This document shows positions 1-11,300 of a stretch of 64,000 bases of DNA, one piece after another. The position numbers were made by a program, and so were the translations under genes. Each line of letters starts with the position of its first letter. The first letter of the stretch is position 1. Under the pieces are notes generated by a model that was given only the letters and a program-made list of their open reading frames with translations, had not been told where the DNA came from and did not search any database. The stretch is from Leptogorgia sarmentosa (Eukaryota): NCBI GenBank assembly GCA_964658305.1, contig OZ210885.1:16368001-16432000 (forward strand), read 5' to 3'.

Positions 1-49
1 TTAGTACTTGGATGGGTGACCACCTGGGAATACTTTGTGTTGTAGACTT
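1..49 (+). rRNA. 5S rRNA gene, 3' part (truncated by window start)
   Basis: TTAGTACTTGGATGGGTGACCACCTGGGAATAC...GTTGTAGACTT matches 5S positions ~72-120. Confidence 0.9.
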
Positions 50-155
50 GCTTCATTTTATTGTATGTGTGTTTGTAAGTAGGTTTGCTTTCAATTTCAA
101 CTTCAGGGTTTTGTTATTGTCACACGTTTAAAAAGTGTAAGTTCCATCAACAAAT

Positions 156-275
156 GTCTACGACCATACCAGTAGGAAAATACCGGTTCTCGTCTGATCA
201 CCGAAGTTAAGCCTAGGTGGGCAAAGTTAGTACTTGGATGGGTGACCACCTGGGAATACTTTGTGTTGTAGACTT
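156..275 (+). rRNA. 5S rRNA gene (first complete copy, consensus type; representative of the array)
   Basis: Colinear with eukaryotic 5S. Helix I GUCUACGAC/GUUGUAGAC, helix III ACCGGU/ACCG-AA-GU, helix V CAAAGU/ACUUUG, loop E UAGUA/GAA, helix IV closed by a GUGA (GNRA) tetraloop. Confidence 0.93.
205..252 (+). promoter_or_regulatory. Pol III type-1 internal control region (box A ~205-219, intermediate element, box C ~235-252); present in every unit
   Basis: AGTTAAGC (box A) and TGGATGGGTGACCACCTG (box C) lie at the canonical positions +50-64 and +80-97. Confidence 0.8.
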
Positions 276-344
276 GATTGATTTTATTGTATGTGTGTTT
301 GTAAATAGGTTTGCTTTCAATTTCAACTTCAGGGTTTTGTTATT

Positions 345-367
345 GTTACACGTTTAAAAAGTGTAAC
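345..367 (+). promoter_or_regulatory. Upstream TATA-like element TTTAAAAA (-29..-22) enclosed in a 7-bp inverted repeat GTTACAC/GTGTAAC (representative)
   Basis: Position measured from the gene start at 382. AT-rich boxes near -30 are common upstream of 5S genes. Confidence 0.55.
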
Positions 368-381
368 TTCCATCAACAAAT

Positions 382-501
382 GTCTACGACCATACCAGTA
401 GGAAAATACCGGTTCTCGTCTGATCACCGAAGTTAAGCCTAGGTGGGCAAAGTTAGTACTTGGATGGGTGACTACCTGGGAATACTTTATGTTGTAGACT
501 T
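382..501 (+). rRNA. 5S rRNA gene (second complete copy)
   Basis: Same as the consensus except GACTAC and TTTATG variants. Confidence 0.85.
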
Positions 502-507
502 GCTTCA

Positions 508-511
508 TTTT
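508..511 (+). terminator. Pol III terminator TTTT at +127..130 (representative)
   Basis: First run of 4 T downstream of the gene: GTAGACTTGCTTCATTTT. Confidence 0.65.
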
Positions 512-607
512 ATTGTATGTGTGTTTGTAAATAGGTTTGCTTTCAATTTCAACTTCAGGGTTTTGTTATTGTTACACGTTTAAAAAGTGTAACTTCCATC
601 AACAAAT

Positions 608-936
608 GTCTACGACCATACCAGTAGGAAAATACCGGTTCTCGTCTGATCACCGAAGTTAAGCCTAGGTGGGAAAAGTAAGTACTTGGATGGGTGACCA
701 CCTGGGAATACTTTGTGTTGTAGACTTGCTTCATTTTATTGTATGTGTGTTTGTAAATAGGTTTGCTTTCAATGTAAACTTCAGGGATTTTGTTATTGCT
801 ACATCTGGAAATACTTTGTATTGTTGTTTTCCTAAATGTTATTTAATGCCTATTTGTAAATATAATTCCTTTCAATTTCAACTTCAGGGTTTTGTTATTG
901 TTACACATTTAAAAAGTGTAACTTGCATCAACAAAT
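608..936 (+). repeat. Representative 329-bp long unit (5S gene 608-727 plus extended spacer)
   Basis: Next gene starts at 937. The spacer contains two copies of the TTTGTAAATA...CTTTCAAT..AACTTCAGGG..TTTTGTTATTG.TACA block. Confidence 0.95.
805..830 (+). pseudogene. Degenerate 3' fragment of a 5S gene inside the long spacer (in every long unit)
   Basis: CTGGAAATACTTTGTATTGT aligns without gaps to 5S positions 95-114 (CTGGGAATACTTTGTGTTGT), and the alignment continues into the spacer. Confidence 0.8.
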
Positions 937-2272
937 GTCTACGACCGTACGAGTAGGAAAATACCGGTTCTCGTCTGATCACCGAAGTTAAGCCTAGGTG
1001 GGCAAAGTTAGTACTTGGATGGGTGACTACCTGCAAATACTTTGTGTTGTAGACTTGCTTCATTTTATTGTATGTGTGTTTGTAAATAGGTTTGCTTTCA
1101 ATTTCAACTTCAGGGTTTTGTTATTGTTACACGTTTAAAAAGTGTAACTTCCATCAACAAATGTCTACGACCATACCAGTAGGAAAATACCGGTTCTCGT
1201 CTGATCACCGAAGTTAAGCCTAGCTGGGCAAAGTTAGTACTTGGATGGGTGACCACCTGGGAATACTTTGTGTTGTAGACTTGCTTCATTTTATTGTATG
1301 TGTGTTATTAAATAGGTTTGCTTTCAATGTAAACTTCAGGGATTTTGTTATTGCTACATCTGGAAATACTTTGTATTGTTGTTTTCCTAAATGTTATTTA
1401 ATGCCTATTTGTAAATATAATTCCTTTCAATTTCAACTTCAGGGTTTTGTTATTGTTACACATTTAAAAAGTGTAACTTGCATCAACAAATGTCTACAAC
1501 CGTACGAGTAGGAAAATACCGGTTCTCGTCTGATCACAGAAGTTAAGCCTAGGTGGGCAAAGTTAGTACTTGGATGGGTGACTACCTGCGAATACTTTGT
1601 GTTGTAGACTTGCTTCATTTTATTGTATGTGTGTTTGTAAATATAATTCCTTTCAATCTCAACTTCAGGGTTTTGTTATTGTTACACGTTTAAAAAGTGT
1701 AACTTCCATCAATAAATGTCTACGACCATACCACTAGGAAAATACCGGTTCTCGTCTGATCACCGAAGTTAAGCGTAGATGGGAAAAGTTAGTACTTGGA
1801 TGGGTGACCACCTGGGAATACTTTGTGTTGTAGATTTGCTTCATTTTATTGTATGTGTGTTTTTAAATAGGTTTGCTTTCAATTTCAACTTCAGGGTTTT
1901 GTTATTGTTACACGTTTAAAAAGTGTAACTTCCATCAACAAATGTCTACGACCATACCAGTAGGAAAATACCGGTTCTCGTCTGATCACCGAAGTTAGGC
2001 CTAGGTGGGCAAAGTTAGTACTTGGATGGGTGACCACCTGGGAATACTTTGTGTTGTAGACTTGCTTCATTTTATTGTATGTGTGTTTGTAAATAGGTTT
2101 CCTTTCAATGTAAACTTCAGGGATTTTGTTATTGCTACATCTGGAAATACTTTGTATTGTTGTTTTGCTAAATGTTATTTAATCCCTATTTGTAAATATA
2201 ATTCCTTTCAATTTCAACTTCAGGGTTTTGTTATTGTTACACGTTTAAAAAGTGTAACTTCCATCAACAAAT

Positions 2273-2392
2273 GCCTACGACCGTACGAGTAGGAAAATAC
2301 CGGTTCTCGTCTGATCACCGAAGTTAAGCCTAGGTGGGTAAAGTTAGTAGTTGGATGGGTGACCACCTGGGAATACTTTGCGTTGTAGACTT
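2273..2392 (+). pseudogene. Divergent 5S variant, probably defective (recurs many times in the array)
   Basis: Substitutions U2C, A11G, C15G, C67U, C78G and U109C break pairs in helices I, II and IV. Confidence 0.55.
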
Positions 2393-5300
2393 GCTTCATT
2401 TTGTTGTATGTGTGTTTGTAAGTAGGTTTGCTTTCAATTTCAACTTCAGGGTTTTGTTATTGTTACATGTTTAAAAAGTGTAACTTCCATCAACAAATGT
2501 CTACGACCATACCAGTAGGAAAATACCGGTTCTCGTCTGATCACCGAAGTTAAGCCTGGGTGGGCAAAGTTAGTACTTGGATGGGTGACTACCTGGGAAT
2601 ACTTTGTGTTGTAGACTTGCTTCATTTTATTGTTTGTCTGTTTGTAAATAGGTTTGCTTTCAATTTCAACTTCAGGGTTTTGTTATTGTTACACGTTTAA
2701 AAATTGTAACTTCCATCAACAAATGTCTACGACCATACCAGTAGGAAAATACCGGTTCTCGTCTGATCACCGAAGTTAAGCCTAGGTGGGAAAAGTTAGT
2801 ACTTGGATGGGTGACCACCTGGGAATACTTTGTGTTGTAGACTTGATTGATTTTATTGTATGTGTGTTTGTAAATAGGTTTGCTTTCAATTTCAACTTCA
2901 GGGTTTTGTTATTGTTACACGTTTAAAAAGTGTAACTTCCATCAACAAATGTCTACGACCATACCAGTAGGAAAATACCGGTTATCGTCTGATCACCGAA
3001 GTTAAGCCTAGGTGGGCAAAGTTAGTACTTGGATGGGTGACCACCTGGGAATACTTTGTGTTGTAGACTTGCTTCATTTTGTTGTATGTGTGTTTGTAAG
3101 TAGGTTTGCTTTCAATTTCATCTTCAGGGTTTTGTTATTGTTACACGTTTAAAAAGTGTAACTTCCATCAACAAATGTCTACGACCATACCAGTTGGAAA
3201 ATACCGGTTCTCGTCTGATCACCGAAGTTAAGCCTAGGTGGGCAAAGTTAGTACTTGGATGGGTGACTACCTGGGAATACTTTGTGTTGTAGACTTGCTT
3301 CATTTTATTGTATGTGTGTTTGTAAATAGGTTTGCTTTCAATTTCAACTTCAGGGTTTTGTTATTAATACACACGTTTAAAAAGTGTAACTTCCATCAAC
3401 AAATGTCTACAACCATACCAGTAGGAAAATACCGGTTCTCGTCTGATCACCGAAGTTAGGCCTAGGTGGGAAAAGTTAGTACTTGGATGGGTGACCACCT
3501 GGGAATACTTTGTGTTGTAGACTTGCTTCATTTTATTGTATGTGTGTTTGTAAATAGGTTTGCTTTCAATTTCAACTTCAGGGTTTTGTTATTGTTACAC
3601 GTTTAAAAAGTGTAACTTCCATCAACAAATGTCTACCACCATACCAGTAGGAAAATACCGGTTCTCGTCTGATCACCGAAGTAAAGCCTAGGTGGGCAAA
3701 GTTAGTACTTGGATGGGTGACCACCTGGGAATACTTTGTGTTGTAGACTTGCTTCATTTTATTGTATGTGTGTTTGTAAGTAGGTTTGCTTTCAATTTCA
3801 ACTTCAGGGTTTTGTTATTGTTACACGTTTAAAAAGTGTAAGTTCCATCAACAAATGTCTACGACCATACCAGTAGGAAAATACCGGTTCTCGTCTGATC
3901 ACCGAAGTTAAGCCTAGGTGGGCAAAGTTAGTACTTGGATGGGTGACTACCTGGGAATACTTTGTGTTGTAGACTTGCTTCATTTTATTGTATGTGTGTT
4001 TGTAAATAGGTTTGCTTTCAATTTCAACTTCAGGGTTTTGTTATTGTTACACGTTTAAAAAGTGTAACTTCCATCAACAAATGTCTACGACCATACCAGT
4101 AGGAAAATACCGGTTCTCGTCTGATCACCGAAGTTAGGCCTAGGTGGGAAAAGTTAGTACTTGGATGGGTGACCACCTGGGAATACTTTGTGTTGTAGAC
4201 TTGCTTCATTTTATTGTATGTGTGTTTGTAAATAGGTTTGCTTTCAATTTCAACTTCAGGGATTTTGTTATTGCTACATCTGGAAATATTTTGTATTGTT
4301 GTTTTGCTAAATGTTATTTAATGCCTATTTGTAAATATAATTCCTTTCAACTTCAACTTCAGGGTTTTATTATTGTTACACGTTTAAAAAGTGTAACTTC
4401 CATCAACAAGTGTCTACGACCATACCAGTAGGAAAATACCGGTTCTCGTCTGATCACCGAAGTTAAGCCTAGGTGGGAAAAGTTAGTACTTGGATGGGTG
4501 ACCACCTGGGAATACTTTGTGTTGTAGACTTGCTTCATTTTATTGTATGTGTGTTTGTAAATAGGTTTGCTTTCAATTTCAACTTCAGGGTTTTGTTATT
4601 GTTACACGTTTAAAAAGTGTAACTTCCATCAACAAATGTCTACGACCATACCAGTAGGAAAATACCGGTTCTCGTCTGATCACCGAAGTTAAGCCTAGGT
4701 GGGCAAAGTTAGTACTTGGATGGGTGACCACCTGGGAATACTTTGTGTTGTAGACTTGCTTCATTTTATTGTATGTGTGTTTGTAAATAGGTTTGCTTTC
4801 AATATAAACTTCAGGGATTTTGTTATTGCTACATCTGGAAATACTTTGTATTGTTGTTTTGCTAAATTTTATTTAATGCCTATTTGTAAATATAATTCCT
4901 TTCAATTTCAACTTCAGGGTTTTGTTATTAATACACACGTTTAAAAAGTGTAACTTCCATCAACAAATGTCTACAACCATACCAGTAGGAAAATACCGGT
5001 TCTCGTCTGATCACCAAAGTTAGGCCTAGGTGGGAAAAGTTAGTACTTGGATGGGTGACCACCTGGGAATACTTTGTGTTGTAGACTTGCTTCATTTTGT
5101 TGTATGTGTGTTTGTAAGTAGGTTTGCTTTCAATTTCATCTTCAGGGTTTTGTTATTGTTACACGTTTAAAAAGTGTAACTTCCATCAACAAATGTCTAC
5201 CACCATACCAGTAGGAAAATACCGGTTCTCGTCTGATCACCGAAGTAAAGCCTAGGTGGGCAAAGTTAGTACTTGGATGGGTGACCACCTGGGAATACTT

Positions 5301-8300
5301 TGTGTTGTAGACTTGCTTCATTTTATTGTATGTGTGTTTGTAAGTAGGTTTGCTTTCAATTTCAACTTCAGGGTTTTGTTATTGTCACACGTTTAAAAAG
5401 TGTAAGTTCCATCAACAAATGTCTACGACCATACCAGTAGGAAAATACCGGTTCTCGTCTGATCACCGAAGTTAAGCCTAGGTGGGCAAAGTTAGTACTT
5501 GGATGGGTGACTACCTGGGAATACTTTGTGTTGTAGACTTGCTTCATTTTATTGTATGTGTGTTTGTAAATAGGTTTGCTTTCAATTTCAACTTCAGGGT
5601 TTTGTTATTGTTACACGTTTAAAAAGTGTAACTTCCATCAACAAATGTCTACCACCATACCAGTAGGAAAATACCGGTTCTCGTCTGATCACCGAAGTAA
5701 AGCCTAGGTGGGCAAAGTTAGTACTTGGATGGGTGACCACCTGGGAATACTTTGTGTTGTAGACTTGCTTCATTTTATTGTATGTGTCTTTGTAAGTAGG
5801 TTTGCTTTCAATTTCAACTTCAGGGTTTTGTTATTGTTACACGTTTAAAAAGTGTAAGTTCCATCAACAAATGTCTACGACCATACCAGTAGGAAAATAC
5901 CGGTTCTCGTCTGATCACCGAAGTTAAGCCTAGGTGGGCAAAGTTAGTACTTGGATGGGTGACTACCTGGGAATACTTTGTGTTGTAGACTTGCTTCATT
6001 TTATTGTATGTGTGTTTGTAAATAGGTTTGCTTTCAATTTCAACTTCAGGGTTTTGTTATTGTTACACGTTTAAAAAGTGTAACTTCCATCAACAAATGT
6101 CTACGACCATACCAGTAGGAAAATACCGGTTCTCGTCTGATCACCGAAGTTAGGCCTAGGTGGGAAAAGTTAGTACTTGGATGGGTGACCACCTGGGAAT
6201 ACTTTGTGTTGTAGACTTGCTTCATTATATTGTATGTGTGTTTGTAAATAGGTTTGCTTTCAATTTCAACTTCAGGGATTTTGTTATTGCTACATCTGGA
6301 AATATTTTGTATTGTTGTTTTGCTAAATGTTATTTAATGCCTATTTGTAAATATAATTCCTTTCAACTTCAACTTCAGGGTTTTATTATTGTTACACGTT
6401 TAAAAAGTGTAACTTCCATCAACAAGTGTCTACGACCATACCAGTAGGAAAATACCGGTTCTCGTCTGATCACCGAAGTTAAGCCTAGGTGGGAAAAGTT
6501 AGTACTTGGATGGGTGACCACCTGGGAATACTTTGTGTTGTAGACTTGCTTCATTTTATTGTATGTGTGTTTGTAAATAGGTTTGCTTTCAATTTCAACT
6601 TCAGGGTTTTGTTATTGTTACACGTTTAAAAAGTGTAACTTCCATCAACAAATGTCTACGACCATACCAGTAGGAAAATACCGGTTCTCGTCTGATCACC
6701 GAAGTTAAGCCTAGGTGGGCAAAGTTAGTACTTGGATGGGTGACCACCTGGGAATACTTTGTGTTGTAGACTTGCTTCATTTTATTGTATGTGTGTTTGT
6801 AAATAGGTTTGCTTTCAATATAAACTTCAGGGATTTTGTTATTGCTACATCTGGAAATACTTTGTATTGTTGTTTTGCTAAATTTTATTTAATGCCTATT
6901 TGTAAATATAATTCCTTTCAATTTCAACTTCAGGGTTTTGTTATTAATACACACGTTTAAAAAGTGTAACTTCCATCAACAAATGTCTACAACCAGACCA
7001 GTAGGAAAATACCGGTTCTCGTCTGATCACCAAAGTTAGGCCTAGGTGGGAAAAGTTAGTACTTGGATGGGTGACCACCTGGGAATACTTTGTGTTGTAG
7101 ACTTGCTTCATTTTATTGTATGTGTGTTTGTAAATAGGTTTGCTTTCAATTTCAACTTCAGGGATTTTGTTATTGCTACATCTGGAAATATTTTGTATTG
7201 TTGTTTTGCTAAATGTTATTTAATGCCTATTTGTAAATATAATTCCTTTCAACTTCAACTTCAGGGTTTTATTATTGTTACACGTTTAAAAAGTGTAACT
7301 TCCATCAACAAGTGTCTACGACCATACCAGTAGGAAAATACCGGTTCTCGTCTGATCACCGAAGTTAAGCCTAGGTGGGAAAAGTTAGTACTTGGATGGG
7401 TGACCACCTGGGAATACTTTGTGTTGTAGACTTGCTTCATTTTATTGTATGTGTGTTTGTAAATAGGTTTGCTTTCAATTTCAACTTCAGGGTTTTGTTA
7501 TTGTTACACGTTTAAAAAGTGTAACTTCCATCAACAAATGTCTACGACCATACCAGTAGGAAAATACCGGTTCTCGTCTGATCACCGAAGTTAAGCCTAG
7601 GTGGGCAAAGTTAGTACTTGGATGGGTGACCACCTGGGAATACTTTGTGTTGTAGACTTGCTTCATTTTATTGTATGTGTGTTTGTAAATAGGTTTGCTT
7701 TCAATATAAACTTCAGGGATTTTGTTATTGCTACATCTGGAAATACTTTGTATTGTTGTTTTGCTAAATTTTATTTAATGCCTATTTGTAAATATAATTC
7801 CTTTCAATTTCAACTTCAGGGTTTTGTTATTAATACACACGTTTAAAAAGTGTAACTTCCATCAACAAATGTCTACAACCATACCAGTAGGAAAATACCG
7901 GTTCTCGTCTGATCACCAAAGTTAGGCCTAGGTGGGAAAAGTTAGTACTTGGATGGGTGACCACCTGGGAATACTTTGTGTTGTAGACTTGCTTCATTTT
8001 ATTGTATGTGTGTTTGTAAATAGGTTTGCTTTCAATTTCAACTTCAGGGTTTTGTTATTGTTACACGTTTAAAAAGTGTAACTTCCATCAACAAATGTCT
8101 ACCACCATACCAGTAGGAAAATACCGGTTCTCGTCTGATCACCGAAGTAAAGCCTAGGTGGGCAAAGTTAGTACTTGGATGGGTGACCACCTGGGAATAC
8201 TTTGTGTTGTAGACTTGCTTCATTTTATTGTATGTGTGTTTGTAAGTAGGTTTGCTTTCAATTTCAACTTCAGGGTTTTGTTATTGTCACACGTTTAAAA

Positions 8301-11300
8301 AGTGTAAGTTCCATCAACAAATGTCTACGACCATACCAGTAGGAAAATACCGGTTCTCGTCTGATCACCGAAGTTAAGCCTAGGTGGGCAAAGTTAGTAC
8401 TTGGATGGGTGACCACCTGGGAATACTTTGTGTTGTAGACTTGATTGATTTTATTGTATGTGTGTTTGTAAATAGGTTTGCTTTCAATTTCAACTTCAGG
8501 GTTTTGTTATTGTTACACGTTTAAAAAGTGTAACTTCCATCAACAAATGTCTACGACCATACCAGTAGGAAAATACCGGTTCTCGTCTGATCACCGAAGT
8601 TAAGCCTAGGTGGGCAAAGTTAGTACTTGGATGGGTGACTACCTGGGAATACTTTATGTTGTAGACTTGCTTCATTTTATTGTATGTGTGTTTGTAAATA
8701 GGTTTGCTTTCAATTTCAACTTCAGGGTTTTGTTATTGTTACACGTTTAAAAAGTGTAACTTCCATCAACAAATGTCTACGACCATACCAGTAGGAAAAT
8801 ACCGGTTCTCGTCTGATCACCGAAGTTAAGCCTAGGTGGGAAAAGTAAGTACTTGGATGGGTGACCACCTGGGAATACTTTGTGTTGTAGACTTGCTTCA
8901 TTTTATTGTATGTGTGTTTGTAAATAGGTTTGCTTTCAATGTAAACTTCAGGGATTTTGTTATTGCTACATCTGGAAATACTTTGTATTGTTGTTTTCCT
9001 AAATGTTATTTAATGCCTATTTGTAAATATAATTCCTTTCAACTTCAACTTCAGGGTTTTATTATTGTTACACGTTTAAAAAGTGTAACTTCCATCAACA
9101 AGTGTCTACGACCATACCAGTTGGAAAATACCGGTTCTCGTCTGATCACCGAAGTTAAGCCTAGGTGGGAAAAGTTAGTACTTGGATGGGTGACCACCTG
9201 GGAATACTTTGTGTTGTAGACTTGCTTCATTTTATTGTATGTGTGTTTGTAAATAGGTTTGCTTTCAATTTCAACTTCAGGGTTTTGTTATTGTTACACG
9301 TTTAAAAAGTGTAACTTCCATCAACAAATGTCTACGACCATACCAGTAGGAAAATACCGGTTCTCGTCTGATCACCGAAGTTAAGCCTAGGTGGGCAAAG
9401 TTAGTACTTGGATGGGTGACCACCTGGGAATACTTTGTGTTGTAGACTTGCTTCATTTTATTGTATGTGTGTTTGTAAATAGGTTTGCTTTCAATATAAA
9501 CTTCAGGGATTTTGTTATTGCTACATCTGGAAATACTTTGTATTGTTGTTTTGCTAAATTTTATTTAATGCCTATTTGTAAATATAATTCCTTTCAATTT
9601 CAACTTCAGGGTTTTGTTATTAATACACACGTTTAAAAAGTGTAACTTCCATCAACAAATGTCTACAACCATACCAGTAGGAAAATACCGGTTCTCGTCT
9701 GATCACCAAAGTTAGGCCTAGGTGGGAAAAGTTAGTACTTGGATGGGTGACCACCTGGGAATACTTTGTGTTGTAGACTTGCTTCATTTTATTGTATGTG
9801 TGTTTGTAAATAGGTTTGCTTTCAATTTCAACTTCAGGGATTTTGTTATTGCTACATCTGGAAATATTTTGTATTGTTGTTTTGCTAAATGTTATTTAAT
9901 GCCTATTTGTAAATATAATTCCTTTCAACTTCAACTTCAGGGTTTTATTATTGTTACACGTTTAAAAAGTGTAACTTCCATCAACAAGTGTCTACGACCA
10001 TACCAGTAGGAAAATACCGGTTCTCGTCTGATCACCGAAGTTAAGCCTAGGTGGGAAAAGTTAGTACTTGGATGGGTGACCACCTGGGAATACTTTGTGT
10101 TGTAGACTTGCTTCATTTTATTGTATGTGTGTTTGTAAATAGGTTTGCTTTCAATTTCAACTTCATGGTTTTGTTATTGTTACACGTTTAAAAAGTGTAA
10201 CTTCCATCAACAAATGTCTACGACCATACCAGTAGGAAAATACCGGTTCTCGTCTGATCACCGAAGTTAAGCCTAGGTGGGCAAAGTTAGTACTTGGATG
10301 GGTGACCACCTGGGAATACTTTGTGTTGTAGACTTGCTTCATTTTATTGTATGTGTGTTTGTAAATAGGTTTGCTTTCAATATAAACTTCAGGGATTTTG
10401 TTATTGCTACATCTGGAAATACTTTGTATTGTTGTTTTGCTAAATTTTATTTAATGCCTATTTGTAAATATAATTCCTTTCAATTTCAACTTCAGGGTTT
10501 TGTTATTAATACACACGTTTAAAAAGTGTAACTTCCATCAACAAATGTCTACAACCATACCAGTAGGAAAATACCGGTTCTCGTCTGATCACCAAAGTTA
10601 GGCCTAGGTGGGAAAAGTTAGTACTTGGATGGGTGACCACCTGGGAATACTTTGTGTTGTAGACTTGCTTCATTTTATTGTATGTGTGTTTGTAAATAGG
10701 TTTGCTTTCAATTTCAACTTCAGGGTTTTGTTATTGTTACACGTTTAAAAAGTGTAACTTCCATCAACAAATGTCTACCACCATACCAGTAGGAAAATAC
10801 CGGTTCTCGTCTGATCACCGAAGTAAAGCCTAGGTGGGCAAAGTTAGTACTTGGATGGGTGACCACCTGGGAATACTTTGTGTTGTAGACTTGCTTCATT
10901 TTATTGTATGTGTGTTTGTAAGTAGGTTTGCTTTCAATTTCAACTTCAGGGTTTTGTTATTGTCACACGTTTAAAAAGTGTAAGTTCCATCAACAAATGT
11001 CTACGACCATACCAGTAGGAAAATACCGGTTCTCGTCTGATCACCGAAGTTAAGCCTAGGTGGGCAAAGTTAGTACTTGGATGGGTGACCACCTGGGAAT
11101 ACTTTGTGTTGTAGACTTGATTGATTTTATTGTATGTGTGTTTGTAAATAGGTTTGCTTTCAATTTCAACTTCAGGGTTTTGTTATTGTTACACGTTTAA
11201 AAAGTGTAACTTCCATCAACAAATGTCTACGACCATACCAGTAGGAAAATACCGGTTCTCGTCTGATCACCGAAGTTAAGCCTAGGTGGGCAAAGTTAGT

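Noticed and set aside
156..275. 5S-derived SINE3 or Cassandra retroelement
   Set aside because: Full-length genes in a head-to-tail array with no LINE-derived tail, LTR, primer-binding site or per-unit TSD.
276..381. Spliced-leader RNA, snRNA or tRNA gene linked in the 5S spacer
   Set aside because: I could not recognise a leader-plus-donor with Sm site or a cloverleaf on either strand. The long spacer is explained by duplication. An Rfam scan would settle this.
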